From positions 13,702,001 to 13,766,000 of the forward strand of contig NC_043000.1 of the NCBI RefSeq assembly GCF_006345805.1: a stretch of 64,000 nt of DNA. Reading direction: 5' to 3'. The position numbers and the translations under genes were made by a program. The notes beneath the pieces were generated by a model. It made no database searches. It was not told the DNA's origin and saw only the letters and a program-made list of their open reading frames with translations. Origin of the DNA: Octopus sinensis. Lineage: Eukaryota. Shown here piece by piece: positions 38,490-50,254 of this stretch. Position 1 is the stretch's first letter; each line of letters starts with the position of its first letter.

Positions 38490-38842
38490 GTAACCTACCA
38501 GTGTCGCCTTACTGGTATTTTTGCTCGTGGTACATGAAAAAACATTCAAGCAAGGTTGTTGCCAGTGCCGCTGGACTGGCTCCTGTGCAGATGGCATGTA
38601 AAAAACACCATTTGAGCGTGGCCGTTGCCAGTACCGCCTGACTGGCCCTTGTGTCGGTGGCACGTAAAAGCACCCACTACACTCTCAGAGTGGTTGGCGT
38701 TAGGAAGGGCATCCAGCTGTAGAAACTCTGCCAGATCAGATTGGAGCCTGGTGCAACCATCTGGTTCGCCAGTCCTCAGTCAAATCGTCCAACCCATGCT
38801 AGCATGGTAAATGGATGTTAAAAAGTGGATGATGATGATGAA
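38490..38842 (+). mobile_element. RTE 3'-end fragment (subfamily shared with 18048-18392 and 62215-62550)
   Basis: UTR and terminal motifs, short (GAT)n. Confidence 0.8.
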
Positions 38843-41039
38843 GTAGAATTGAACCAGTGCATGTGTTATGAATATTGGCATAATGACCATCACAAAATAC
38901 TACTTGTAGAATTAACCTATTAAATGTAGAATTAATTTATTACAAGTTGAATAAGCCTATGGGCCAGTAAAGTGGACCCTTCATAGTAGAATAAGACTAC
39001 TGACAGAAGATAGAGCTTATAAGAAGTAGAATGAGACACTGAGAAGATGGCATAGTCTGAGTATGCGATCAGATAAAGCTGTTTACTGATACATAGACAT
39101 GAAAGCTGTTGTGTAGCCCAGGTGACACACAAACCAAAAGTAGTCCTATGACACATCTGCAAACAGGTGACAAAGACAGAAGACAGAGCTGTAGTTCATG
39201 CTAATGAGTGTTATCATTCTTGCTCCACTGTGCATGGTGCATGGTGATTACAGTCATGGAACCGGGAATTTAGAGTGAGGTAAGAGTTACAGCATTCTGT
39301 AAGATATGATATAGTTATGTGTAATAGTGCTATATTGACTATAACAGGTTAGTCAACTGGTTACCAAGTCAAGCTGAGAAATGCTTCAAGTTTAACTGAA
39401 TGAGAAACGTGAGAAAGGAATGATAAAGAATAGAAAGTGTGTGCACTCATGCATGCATGTATGTGTGTGTGTGTGTGTGTGTGATCAAGAAACACACTTT
39501 GCAACTACATGGTTTCAGGTTGAGTCTCAATGTGTGGCACCTTGGACAAGTGTCTTCTACTATACTTCCAGGTTGACCAAAGTGAATTTGGTAGATGGAA
39601 ACTGTAGAAGCCCATCATATATCTGCATGTTTGTGTATGCATGTGTTTCTTTGTGTTCTTGTTTGTCCCCCTGTGCCACAGCTTGACAACTGGTGTTGTT
39701 TTGTTTATGTCTCTGACAACTGCGTTAAGGTTTTGTGCATCTGGGGTGTACTCAGCCACTTGTATGTAAATTTCACAAGCAGGCTGTTCTGCTGACTGGA
39801 TCAACTGGAACCCTCACTGTCATAACTGACAGAATGCCAGTATTCCTTAAATGTTAACTCCTGTGCTTACTCAATTCCAACCCATATAATAACACTGTTT
39901 TCTGATTTCCCTAAGTCTCAGAAGAGAACATCTGAAACATGTATTTGACTATTTGTTGCCATCATCATACACTATCACTAGTTTCTTTAGATTTAAGAGT
40001 CTATCCCAATAACTTAAACAATTTATACTGTAGCATTTTGGATTCTTGCCAAAATGAAATCAAAGACATACTAAATGTAGTTAAAATTTGTTTTAAAATT
40101 GGTCAAAATTAAGTAGGAAATTAAAAATAATGGACTTGATTATGTGAAGATAGATTACAAAAGGAAAGTTAAGCAAGGAGTACAAGAACACGAGAGATGA
40201 GAAATTCAGTTCCAAAGTACATCTCAAGGATTCACTGAGATGTGTCATCAGTGATGTTTCTGGAGTCTCAAGGCTTTCAGGTCTTTCAGCAGTAGATCCT
40301 CTTGCCCAGTTGACCAAACCAGGGGTTGATAAAATCCCAGTTTACATCTCAGAAGCCACAAAGCAGTGAACTTCTTGATTAGGACGATAATGATAAATCA
40401 TAATCATAATCCTAATTATCAAAATTTGCTACTATTGTTGTATAACCCCAGTCTGCTCTGTTTAGACAGAGTCATGCTGTTGACCATTAGATGGTCAACT
40501 GGAATGGTACTTGCATAACACTTCAGTCATTTCTGCAACCATTCTCTACAACCTGCCAATGCAGTAGCTATCTATCTATTAAAACAGCCAAAGTGGACTT
40601 GGCCAATAAATGAATATCTTGTATCATTTCAATTCACTGCGAATGGTTGTCATCTCAACACAGAGTGTTACCCTAATGTGCTTATCAATATTGTGACTAT
40701 ATTGTTAACTTTGTGCATTTTGTGTTTATCTTCCCAAGATGGCAGGAAGTGTCTTTTTTCCCAGTTGTTTAGGCTATAGCCATCACTGATAAAACAGACC
40801 TATAATCAAAGCATTCAGCCATGAGAATCTTATTTGTTTTGTTTTCAGACATAGCGCATCTAGGACAATATTATCCAGTGTGTCTTCCCCATTTTATAAG
40901 ATGATCACCTATACTTGTATCACCTGTATCGACCAGACTATCAGATGTTGTTATGCATCACTGGTAACACTGTATTTCCAATTCCTTTTTGATTGCTTTC
41001 TTTTTCGATCTTGACATACATTGTTTAACTAAGTCATCT

Positions 41040-41650
41040 TACCATCATCATGGAGATTGATATATTTGGATCAATCATGGATGTTTGGCCTTCTGCTGCC
41101 TCCATAGGTGCTTGTTGTCACGGAGGGAAATCCACCTCACAACAAAATACTGTATTTATCAGGCACTTGTCCAAAAGGTTCTCCTCTATGGTTGTGAGAC
41201 CTGGCCAATGCATGCTGCTGATCTCCAGAAGCTGGAAATCTTCGATCACCTCTGTATTCATCGTTTTCTCTGACTGTATATCTGTGACTGCATTTTGAAT
41301 TGACAACTTTACACTTGCTGTGGTCTATCACCTATTGAGGGAACTTTTCTGACAGGGAGACTATTGTGGCTTGGTCATGTGTTGCGATGCCCTCATGATG
41401 AACTCATCTAAAAGGCAGCAGCACCAGATCCTTCCCCAGGTTGCCTTAAGCAGGGAGGTGGCCAGCAGCAAAAGACGTGGCTCATGACAGTCAAAGCAGA
41501 TATGGAGCTCATTTCTGGCTCTCGAGACTTTGGTGTTCATTGCTGGAACAAGGAATGGCTTCGACACACTGCAGAATCAGCCACCAACAGACGTGTATGA
41601 ACCGTCTTCACCTGTGACATAGTGAACTCAATAGGAGTCAGCTTAACCCC
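41040..41650 (+). mobile_element. Decayed RTE-like RT 3' fragment
   Basis: IYQALVQKVLLYGCETW, LEIFDHLC, RLLWLGHVLRCP, KTWLMTVKAD motifs across frames. Confidence 0.75.
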
Positions 41651-42554
41651 TCCCAGGTGAATACCATTACAAATCAAGAAGACAAGAACATTATCATGGA
41701 AGCCTTCCAAGTGGCCTTTTCCAATCTCTTGGATACAACTCAGCAATTGTTAGGGTCCACCTGTCCGTGAACATTGTAACATGTTATGCCAAATGGAACT
41801 TGTGCTCTCAGTATTCTGCAATCACATTGTTCACTCCACTCCAGTCTCAGATTACCTCATTTCGGATATGCTCATGCAATGATATTCCTAGCATGGATCT
41901 TTCCATGGCCCTTTGTGCTATGGCCAATCAATGATAGGATGTGATATTAGAGATATTCAGCTGCTATTTCAAATGGTTCAAGCAACTACACAGTAGTTTA
42001 AAATAGTGATTTGTAGTATTGTATTTATATACTGCAGATATACTTAAATATTTTGGAATAGTTCACTACTGTATAACTTTGTGTGAGTTGGAACAAATAG
42101 CAACCACGAGTAGTAAGTACTCATCACATGTCTATATAAAGTCTCTTGTGTCCTGAAAAATGGTAGACAATGAGGAATTCAAATGCATAAGTATAATTTC
42201 TACAGACTTTCACAGATAAATTCAAAAACTGCAGGCATTTACTATGTAATAATTGAATCATTTGAAGTAAAGTGAAGAGCAGTACATTGAAAGTTCATAA
42301 TTAGCATCTCCAGAGCCTGATTCTATTGGAAGCTCATCATTTTAAATATGACATGATAAACCATAACAGCCAGAATGAAAAACTAAATTACTGTGGTGTT
42401 ACTTTCAGCTCTAATTCTACCTGACACAGCAAGTAACTTGGTCAAACTGGATACTTCAACATTTACTTCAACATGTATTAGTTTTAGTCACCTTTAACCT
42501 CCTTTACACATACCAATCTCACATACATATATAAAAATATATAAATACCTGTGT

Positions 42555-42596
<42 letters not shown>

Positions 42597-42865
42597 TGTG
42601 TGTGTGTGTGTATTTAAGGTGTATTCCATTAGGGACATATTAGAGTACAAAGTAGAGCTTGTTCACCCTCAGAATTACCAAATAGCCAGTAGTATTCCGG
42701 CATACTTCCAAGTCTAGGTTTAGGCATTTATCATGAGTGAAAATAAAATTGAATAAATAGAGTCAAGAATGAGTACATTTAGACAGCTATTTAATGAGCA
42801 TTATACATGCTTCTATACAACATAGATCCACATACATACTGGATTTAAATTGCGCAACGGTTTAC

Positions 42866-42956
42866 CTGTATAATAGGATACAGTTGTATCTTCTCAGATG
42901 ACATATAATCGCTGTCCCCATTAGTAAATCTTTGAATTTGATCCCAATACAGCCAA
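42866..42956 (-). CDS. Candidate internal coding exon (91 nt) of an unidentified host gene
   Basis: TTATGTATTAG| acceptor, CAG|GTAAAC donor; 1 nt + WLYWDQIQRFTNGDSDYMSSEKIQLYPIIQ; ends in phase 0, compatible with the 31603 exon. Confidence 0.35.
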
Positions 42957-43194
42957 CTAATACATAATATTATAATACATAAATACACACACACGCAGAT
43001 ATATATATATTCAGGATTAAATAAAGACAACAAACAGAAAATGACATACCTATATATATATAATTCAAAAAAACGTGTAGTAAATAAACAAACAAACATA
43101 TACTAAATGCATAGGCAAACAAAAAACATAGAAGGTTACCAACTCTGCATCAGATATCGGCCAAAGGGTCAAATGCAATTATATATATAGATAT

Positions 43195-44707
43195 ATGATG
43201 GCCATCCACTCACGACTGAGGAAGACCATTGCTGACCTTCAGGAACATTGTGTGCTCTAGGAATAACTTATATTTTGCATTTGCAGCTCCATTGGTGGCT
43301 AATGAGCCCTGCTCGTGACAAGCATACACTATTAAAAACACTGCAAACAAAGCTTTCCCCATTCACTACACCAGCAGTGCACTTTCGAGCAGCACGCTTA
43401 AGTTCTTCATGCAGAATACATACTCTCTCAAAAGTGTCAACCCCCTCCTTAACCTGCCTCCTCCATCTGGAGTCAGTCCCCAGTATATCACAGGCCTTTA
43501 ATGAGGACTTGACACAGTCCTTAAATCGCAGCCTTGGTTTCTGCTGGGTTCTCTTTCCATTCACAAGTTCCCCATATAGCATCTGCTTAGGGATCCTGCT
43601 ATCCTTTATTCTAATAAGGTGTTCAGTCCAATGTAACCAGTGCTTGTGCACCATCGCCTCAATACTCAAGATATCAGCTGTTCTCAGGACCTGTGGGTCT
43701 GGAATTTTGAAGGTCCAGCCAACATTCAGAATGTGTCTGAGACATCTCTGATGAAAGTGTTCAAGGACCCTTACATGACCTTCATAAAGGGTCCATATCT
43801 CACATGAGTAAAAGAGTGATGTCAGTACACATGCATGGTACACAGCAATTTTTTTTGCTTTGTGATGCCATGCTGGGACCAGACACGAGACTGAAGAAAC
43901 TGGAAGGAATCAGTTGCTCTCTGCAGCCTGAAAGATATTTCATCATCCAGGAAGCAAGAATGGCTGAGAGTGCTGCCTTGGTGGACAAACTTGTTTACCA
44001 CTTTCAGAATTGTTCCTTCAACCAAGGTAGCTGGTTCCACATATGGAATTCCTGGTGCAGGCTGGAACATTACAACAGTCTTGTCCAGGCTAATGCTGAG
44101 TCCAAATGCCTTGCAAGAAGCAGAAATACGATTCATAAGTATTTGCATGTCATCTACGGTATGAGTGACTAAGTCACAGACATTTGCATAAAGGAGGTCA
44201 TGAATAAGAGACTGGAAAACTTTTGAATTGGCAGCAAATCGGTGCAGATTATAGAGGCAGCCAGAAGATACTTGACATATATATTCCCAGAGAGCTAACC
44301 TTAGCAAAAGCATGAGTAAAAGCAGCAGCAAAGTACAAAGGAAAGAGAGATGGGGCAAGGATGTCACCCTACTTGACACCATTCTCTACAAGAATGGATC
44401 CTGTCATACCACCACCAACATTGACCCAAGCCTCCATCCCATCATGAAATGATTTAATTATAGATACAAAGTGATCCAGATATCCAAGTTTGCCAAGTAT
44501 TTTCCATAGCAAGGCCCTATTCACAGTATCAAAGGCCTTCATTAAATCAATGAATACCTGGACAAGATCCATATTCTGCTCATATCGCTTCTCTTACATC
44601 TGTCTTGCTGCGAAAATCATATCCATTGTCCCTCTACCAGATCGGAAGCCACATTGAGATTCAGATAGGGCATCATTTTTGAGATACCCATTCAGGCAGG
44701 TAAGAAG
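43195..44707 (-). mobile_element. Decayed RTE-BovB-like LINE (RT to C-terminus)
   Basis: ESQCGFRSGRGTMDMIFAARQ, FIDLMKAFDTVNR, ENGVK, FGLSISLDKT, LEHFHQRCLRHIL, RIPKQMLYGEL, C-terminal C..C..RAGLISH. Confidence 0.9.
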
Positions 44708-44758
44708 AATATATATATATATAGATATAGATAGATGCATACATATATACATACATAT

Positions 44759-44810
<52 letters not shown>

Positions 44811-44816
44811 TATATA

Positions 44817-45513
44817 TGGGACGAGGTGGTGAAGCACGACCTTCGAACTTTAGGTCTCACTGAGGAAATGACTAGAGACCGAGTCCTCTGGAAGTGTGCT
44901 GTGCGCGAGAAGACCCGGCAGGACAAGTGAGTCCATAACCCGTGGCCTTCTACTTGGGATGGAGCCAGCCTACGTATGCATACCTTCCCTTCTTGGGACA
45001 CAAAACTCTACTTGTGAAGACCTGTTGAGGCAAGTGAGGATCAACTCTACTTGTGAAGACCTGTTGAGGCAAGTGAGGATCAGAATCGAAATCGATCAAT
45101 GGAAATTGCAGATGTGTTACCAGTGCCGGTGGCATGTTGAAACTCTACTTGTGAAGACCCGTTGAGGCAAGTGAGGATCAGAATGGAAATCGATCAATGG
45201 AAATTGCAGATATGTTACCAGTGCCGGTGGCATGTAAGAGAACCTTCCGTTTCGTGACCGTTGCCAGCAGCGCCCCGTTTCGTGTCCGTTGCCAGCCTCG
45301 CCTGGCCCTTGTGCCGGTGGCACATAAAAAGCACCATCCGTTCGTGGCCGTTTGCCAGCTCTGTCTGGCACCTGTGCGGGTGGCACGTAAAAAGCACCCA
45401 CTACACTCACGGAGTGGTTGGCGTTAGGAAGGGCATCCAGCCGTAGAAACACTGCCAGTAGAACCGTCCAACCCATGCTAGCATGGAAAACGGACGCTAA
45501 ATGATGATGATGA
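44817..45513 (+). mobile_element. 5'-truncated RTE (ORF end WDEVVKHDLRTLGL...KTRQDK*, variant 3' UTR, (GAT)n tail)
   Basis: ORF end nearly identical to 5082-5180; both flanks TA/TACA-rich. Confidence 0.9.
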
Positions 45514-45548
45514 TATAGATATAGATACATGCATACATACATACATAC

Positions 45549-45579
<31 letters not shown>

Positions 45580-45590
45580 GATATAGATAC

Positions 45591-45628
<38 letters not shown>

Positions 45629-45994
45629 GAACACATACATATATAAAAATATATATTTATACACATGCATATATAAATATATATAGGATATAGTAGGAGC
45701 ATTCCATCGGTTACAACAACGAGGGTCCTAGCTGATACAATCAACGGAACAGCTTGCTCATGAAATTAACGTGCAAGTGACTTAGTATTCCACAGACAGG
45801 CGTACCCCCAACATAGTTCTTAGGGAGATTCAGCGTGACAAGGCCAGCCTTTGAAATACAGGTACAACTCATTTTTGCCAACTGAGTGAACTGGAGCAAC
45901 GTGAAATAAAGTGTCTTGCTCAAGGACGAGAATGCGTTGTCAGGAATTGAACTCACGACCTTACAATTGTCAGCCGAATGCCCTAACTACTAAT

Positions 45995-46498
45995 CGAACC
46001 AAATCAAAATAGATGAACATCAATGGAATTTGTATCCTTGTGGTACCAGTGCCGGTGGCACATAAGAAAACCATCCGAATGTGACCATAGCCAGTGCTGC
46101 AATGACTGGCCTCCATGCTGAGGGCACGTAACAAACACCATCCGAGCATGGCCGTCCGCCAGCCTCGTCTGGCACCTGTGTCGGTGACACATAAGAAAAC
46201 ACCATCCGAGCGTGGCCGTCAGCCAGCCTCGTCTGGCACCTGTGTCGGTGGCACATAAAAAACACCATCCGAGCGTGGCCGTCTGCCAGCCTCGTCTGGC
46301 ACCTGTGTCGGTGGCACATAAAATCACCCACTACACTCTCGGAGTGGTTGGCGTTAGGAAGGGCATCCAGCTGTAGAAACACTGCCAGATCTGACTGGCC
46401 TGGTGCAGCCTTCGGGCTTGCCAGACCCCAGTTGAACCGTCCAACCCATGCTAGCATGGAAAGCGGACGTTAAACGATGATGATGATGATGATGATGA

Positions 46499-46501
<3 letters not shown>
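45995..46501 (+). mobile_element. RTE 3'-UTR fragment with three ~63-bp units and (GAT)n tail
   Basis: Matches 3161-3790 in reverse; tail runs into (TA)n. Confidence 0.9.
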
Positions 46502-46555
<54 letters not shown>

Positions 46556-46884
46556 TACATATATGCACTTTAAGAAATGTCACAGGAATGTAGTGCAGTG
46601 ATGACTGTGAGTACAGTTGATGTATTAGTAGTAGTATTTCAGATAAACTGATGATGAATCATTGAAACTTGATGATGTCTTTATATCTAGAAAAAAATGC
46701 AGGATGTTCCAGTTAAAATTTTTTAATCTCTCTGTTTTTGTGTATTTTTTCATTTTTGATCTTGAATCCTGAGAAGACAAACATACTGTCGAAATATTCT
46801 TCAATTCAATAAACAAAGTCAATCTGCATTTTATTACATATTACAAATCGCTCCTCTTGTTGCCTTTTCATAATAATAATGATG

Positions 46885-46931
<47 letters not shown>

Positions 46932-46932
<1 letters not shown>

Positions 46933-47248
46933 TAGTGATTGTAGGATCTCTAGGAATGATAAAAAAAGGTACTGAAACCTATTTGAAAATGATACCAGGC
47001 TTACCATCCCTACAGGAAGTGAAAAAATCCTGTTAACTGGAACGACTCATGTACTGAGAAGAGCATTATCGCTGTGAAAACAACATCCATTCATGAATTT
47101 ATTTATTTATTAATTTTTTTAAATACATATTTTACCTGTGAATTTGCATGTGTAATCTGGGAATGCATACAATGAGCTTCTCTGCCCTAGGTGTACGTAC
47201 AGAAAACACTCGGTGAGAAATGGAAGAAAATTTGAAGAAAGAAGGAAG
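46932..47248 (+). mobile_element. Dong/R4-like 3' end embedded in (TAA)n
   Basis: IVIVGSLGMIKKGTETYLKMIPGLPSLQEVK/ILLTGTTHVLRRALSL* (one frameshift, stop 47075-77); (TAA)n at 46871-46931 and 47249-47330. Confidence 0.75.
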
Positions 47249-47261
47249 TAATAATAATAAT

Positions 47262-47330
<69 letters not shown>

Positions 47331-50254
47331 CATTTCTACTAAAGGCACAGTTTTAGGTATGCAGAGGGAGGGCAGAGGAAGATAGAGGAACAAAACACAC
47401 ATTGGATGTAGATGCATTCAACCCCTCATCAGTTATCAATCAAAAATCATCACAATTTCAATGCCTTATCGATAATATTGTTCAATTTGGCAGTGACAGT
47501 AAGATAATCAGCAGGGGTATAAATGAGTGGACATGAAAGACAAGCACAAATACGAAAAAATGATAAGTACAATAAAAAAAAAGACAAGATCTTTAGACAG
47601 AGCAGTAAAAAGGGTGAGTTATGGGGAGAACAAGTTAATATATAAAACAAAAATGCAAGAACAGTAATGGAAAAGTAATGATGTTCATCTCTTGGTCCAA
47701 GAAAGATGGTTCTGCAGTTTCTTGCTAGACAACCTGCTCAGACAATTTATTTATAGCCGTGGTTCTCAATTAGGATCCATATGGCACCTGAGGATCCGTA
47801 TAATATTTACAGGGTTCACACAACAAAATAGTAGATTGTAGTTCCACAATAGTTTTTAGCACGCTCTTAAAAAAATTTTGCTTTAGAAACAGCTAGGTTT
47901 CTTTCTTTGATATAATAATAATATTGTCAAATGCTGCCAAAGAAAAACATTGTCAACCTGAAAATACCTGATTTCATTAAAACCCTTTTGAAAAATAAAA
48001 TATTATAAAACAACAGAATCTTAGTTCTCAGATTTTGATCCCCTTTCCCTACAACATATCATCGTTAATCATAAACATTGCCCATGGTAAAACATCTAAC
48101 TTGGAAGGCAGGAACACAACTTCCTGATACCCCTTTTGAAGCACCTAGCCTAATAAAGAAATCTACAATTGGTGTAACTGGAATGACATGCATCCAGTTT
48201 TGTAAATAACTTGATAGATAATCTAAAAGGATAGTTCAACCTACACAAGTTAATGGGTAAATAACAAAATAAGAATTTTGAAAGAAGTCTCTAAAAAACT
48301 AGTTTTTAAACATCAAATGACTATGGTGGTCCACCAGAATAAAATAGTAATCAAAGGGGTCATTAGATTAAAAAAATGGTTGAGAACCCATGATTTATAG
48401 TGATCAACTGTTTGTGCTGCGGGGCTGCACATAACCTAACTCCTTCAATCAAATTGACATTACCTGTACAGGTATATGGTCTGTCACACATCAGCTGTCA
48501 AAGTAATCACAGAACAATTTGAGATGAGGTGTTTTACTCAAGAACACAAGGCACTGTCCAATCTAGGAATCAAACTCATGATTTTGTAATTGTGAGAGCA
48601 ACACCCTAACCATTATGTGCAGTAAAATATGTGTAGTAAGAATATATTTGTTTTAACAGAACATAATAAAAAAATAGCAGAACATCCACATTTAAGTGGG
48701 AACAAATATGTGTAGTAAATGACATGTAATGAGCTTGGTTTCATTTCCAGTGTGAAAAATTATGATACTGTATTATTAATTATTGACATAACAATAGAGA
48801 ATGATTATAATGTAGAGAAAGCAGCTGAAAAACTCAGGAATTACAGATTAAGTTGTTTGGTTAAATGCATAATAGCAATTTGGGAATGTGATCATAATCT
48901 CTTTTATAATAAGTGTAACTGTTTTTTTTTGTAGGTTTTTCTTTCCCTAGTCAGTGTTTTATTTTCTCCCCCTATTGGGAATTTCAGTAGTAAAAACAAC
49001 GCTTTGTTTTCTCCTTGTGTACACATCCCAAAAGATTTTTATCCCTATTGATCGGTTTTTGAAAAGGAAAGATTCTACATTGTATAGTCCCCTCCGTGTT
49101 CAGCCCTGCGTGACTTAATAAATCATCATCATCATCCAGTGTTTTGTCCCCTTTAAAGGGATGACCAGATTTACCTCAATGCCATAGCAACCGAGGTAGG
49201 CAGGTGCAGCCCACTACAACCTTTGGACTGGCTGGTGCCCATTCTCCTTTGCTAGCATGAGGCTTTTTTGGAGCTGGATTTTCTACAGGGAGCATGCCCT
49301 TGCTCACCCCAAACCTCAGTTTCTAGACACGAGTGGTCCGGAGACCAAGGCCTCTACCATGATTTTTAAAACATATGGTGGAAAATTAGCTCAGGAAGGC
49401 AGGAACACAACTCCCTGAGACTCCTTTTAAAGCACCCAGCCTAATAAAGAAATCTATAATTGGTTTAAGTGGAATGACATGCATCCAATTTTGTAAATAA
49501 CTTGATAGATAATCTAAAAGGATAGGTACTAGGCATGTTGTAGAAAGTAGTAGTACTAGAAATTAAACTCAGAATTTAAAGTTGGATGAAATGCTGCTAA
49601 ACATTTTGCCCAGTGTCCTAACGATTCTATCAGCTTTACGATTCTGTAAACATTGGTTTCAAATTTTGGCACAAGGCCAGCAATTTCAGGAGTGGGTGTA
49701 AGTTGGTTACATTGACACCAGTGTACAACTGGTACTTATTTTCTCAATCCCAAAGTGGCAAGGTCAACCTCGATGGAATATAGCCTCAGGCCGACAAAAG
49801 CCTTGTGATTGAATTTGGTAGGCGGAAGTTCCCGTCATGCATATAGATGTGTGTTAAAGTGCTTCAGCTTCGTTTCAAATTTTGCTACAAGGGCAGCAAT
49901 TTTAGGGGAGCGGACTAGTCGATTACATTGGCCCCAGGGTTCAACTGATACTTATTTTATCGATCCTGAAAGGATGAAAGGCAAAGTTGACCTTGGCAGA
50001 ATTTGAATTCAGAACTTAATAACAACAGTAATAATAACAATAATTCTTTCTTCTAAAGGCAGAAGACCTGAAATTTTGGGAGAGGGGACTAGTCAATTAC
50101 ATCAACCCCAGTATTTCACTGGTAATTATTTCATCTACCCCAAAAGGATGAAAGACGAAGTCAACCTTGGCAGAATTTGAACTCAGAGCGAAAAGACAGA
50201 TGAAATGCCACAATAATAGTAATATTTGTTCTGTCCAAGAATCAAAACACTCCA

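Noticed and set aside
46640-46685. CTGATGA...GAAAC...GTC hammerhead-like string (also 13885-13915, 19926-19975)
   Set aside because: Stem II or stem I cannot form; likely chance in GAT-rich DNA.
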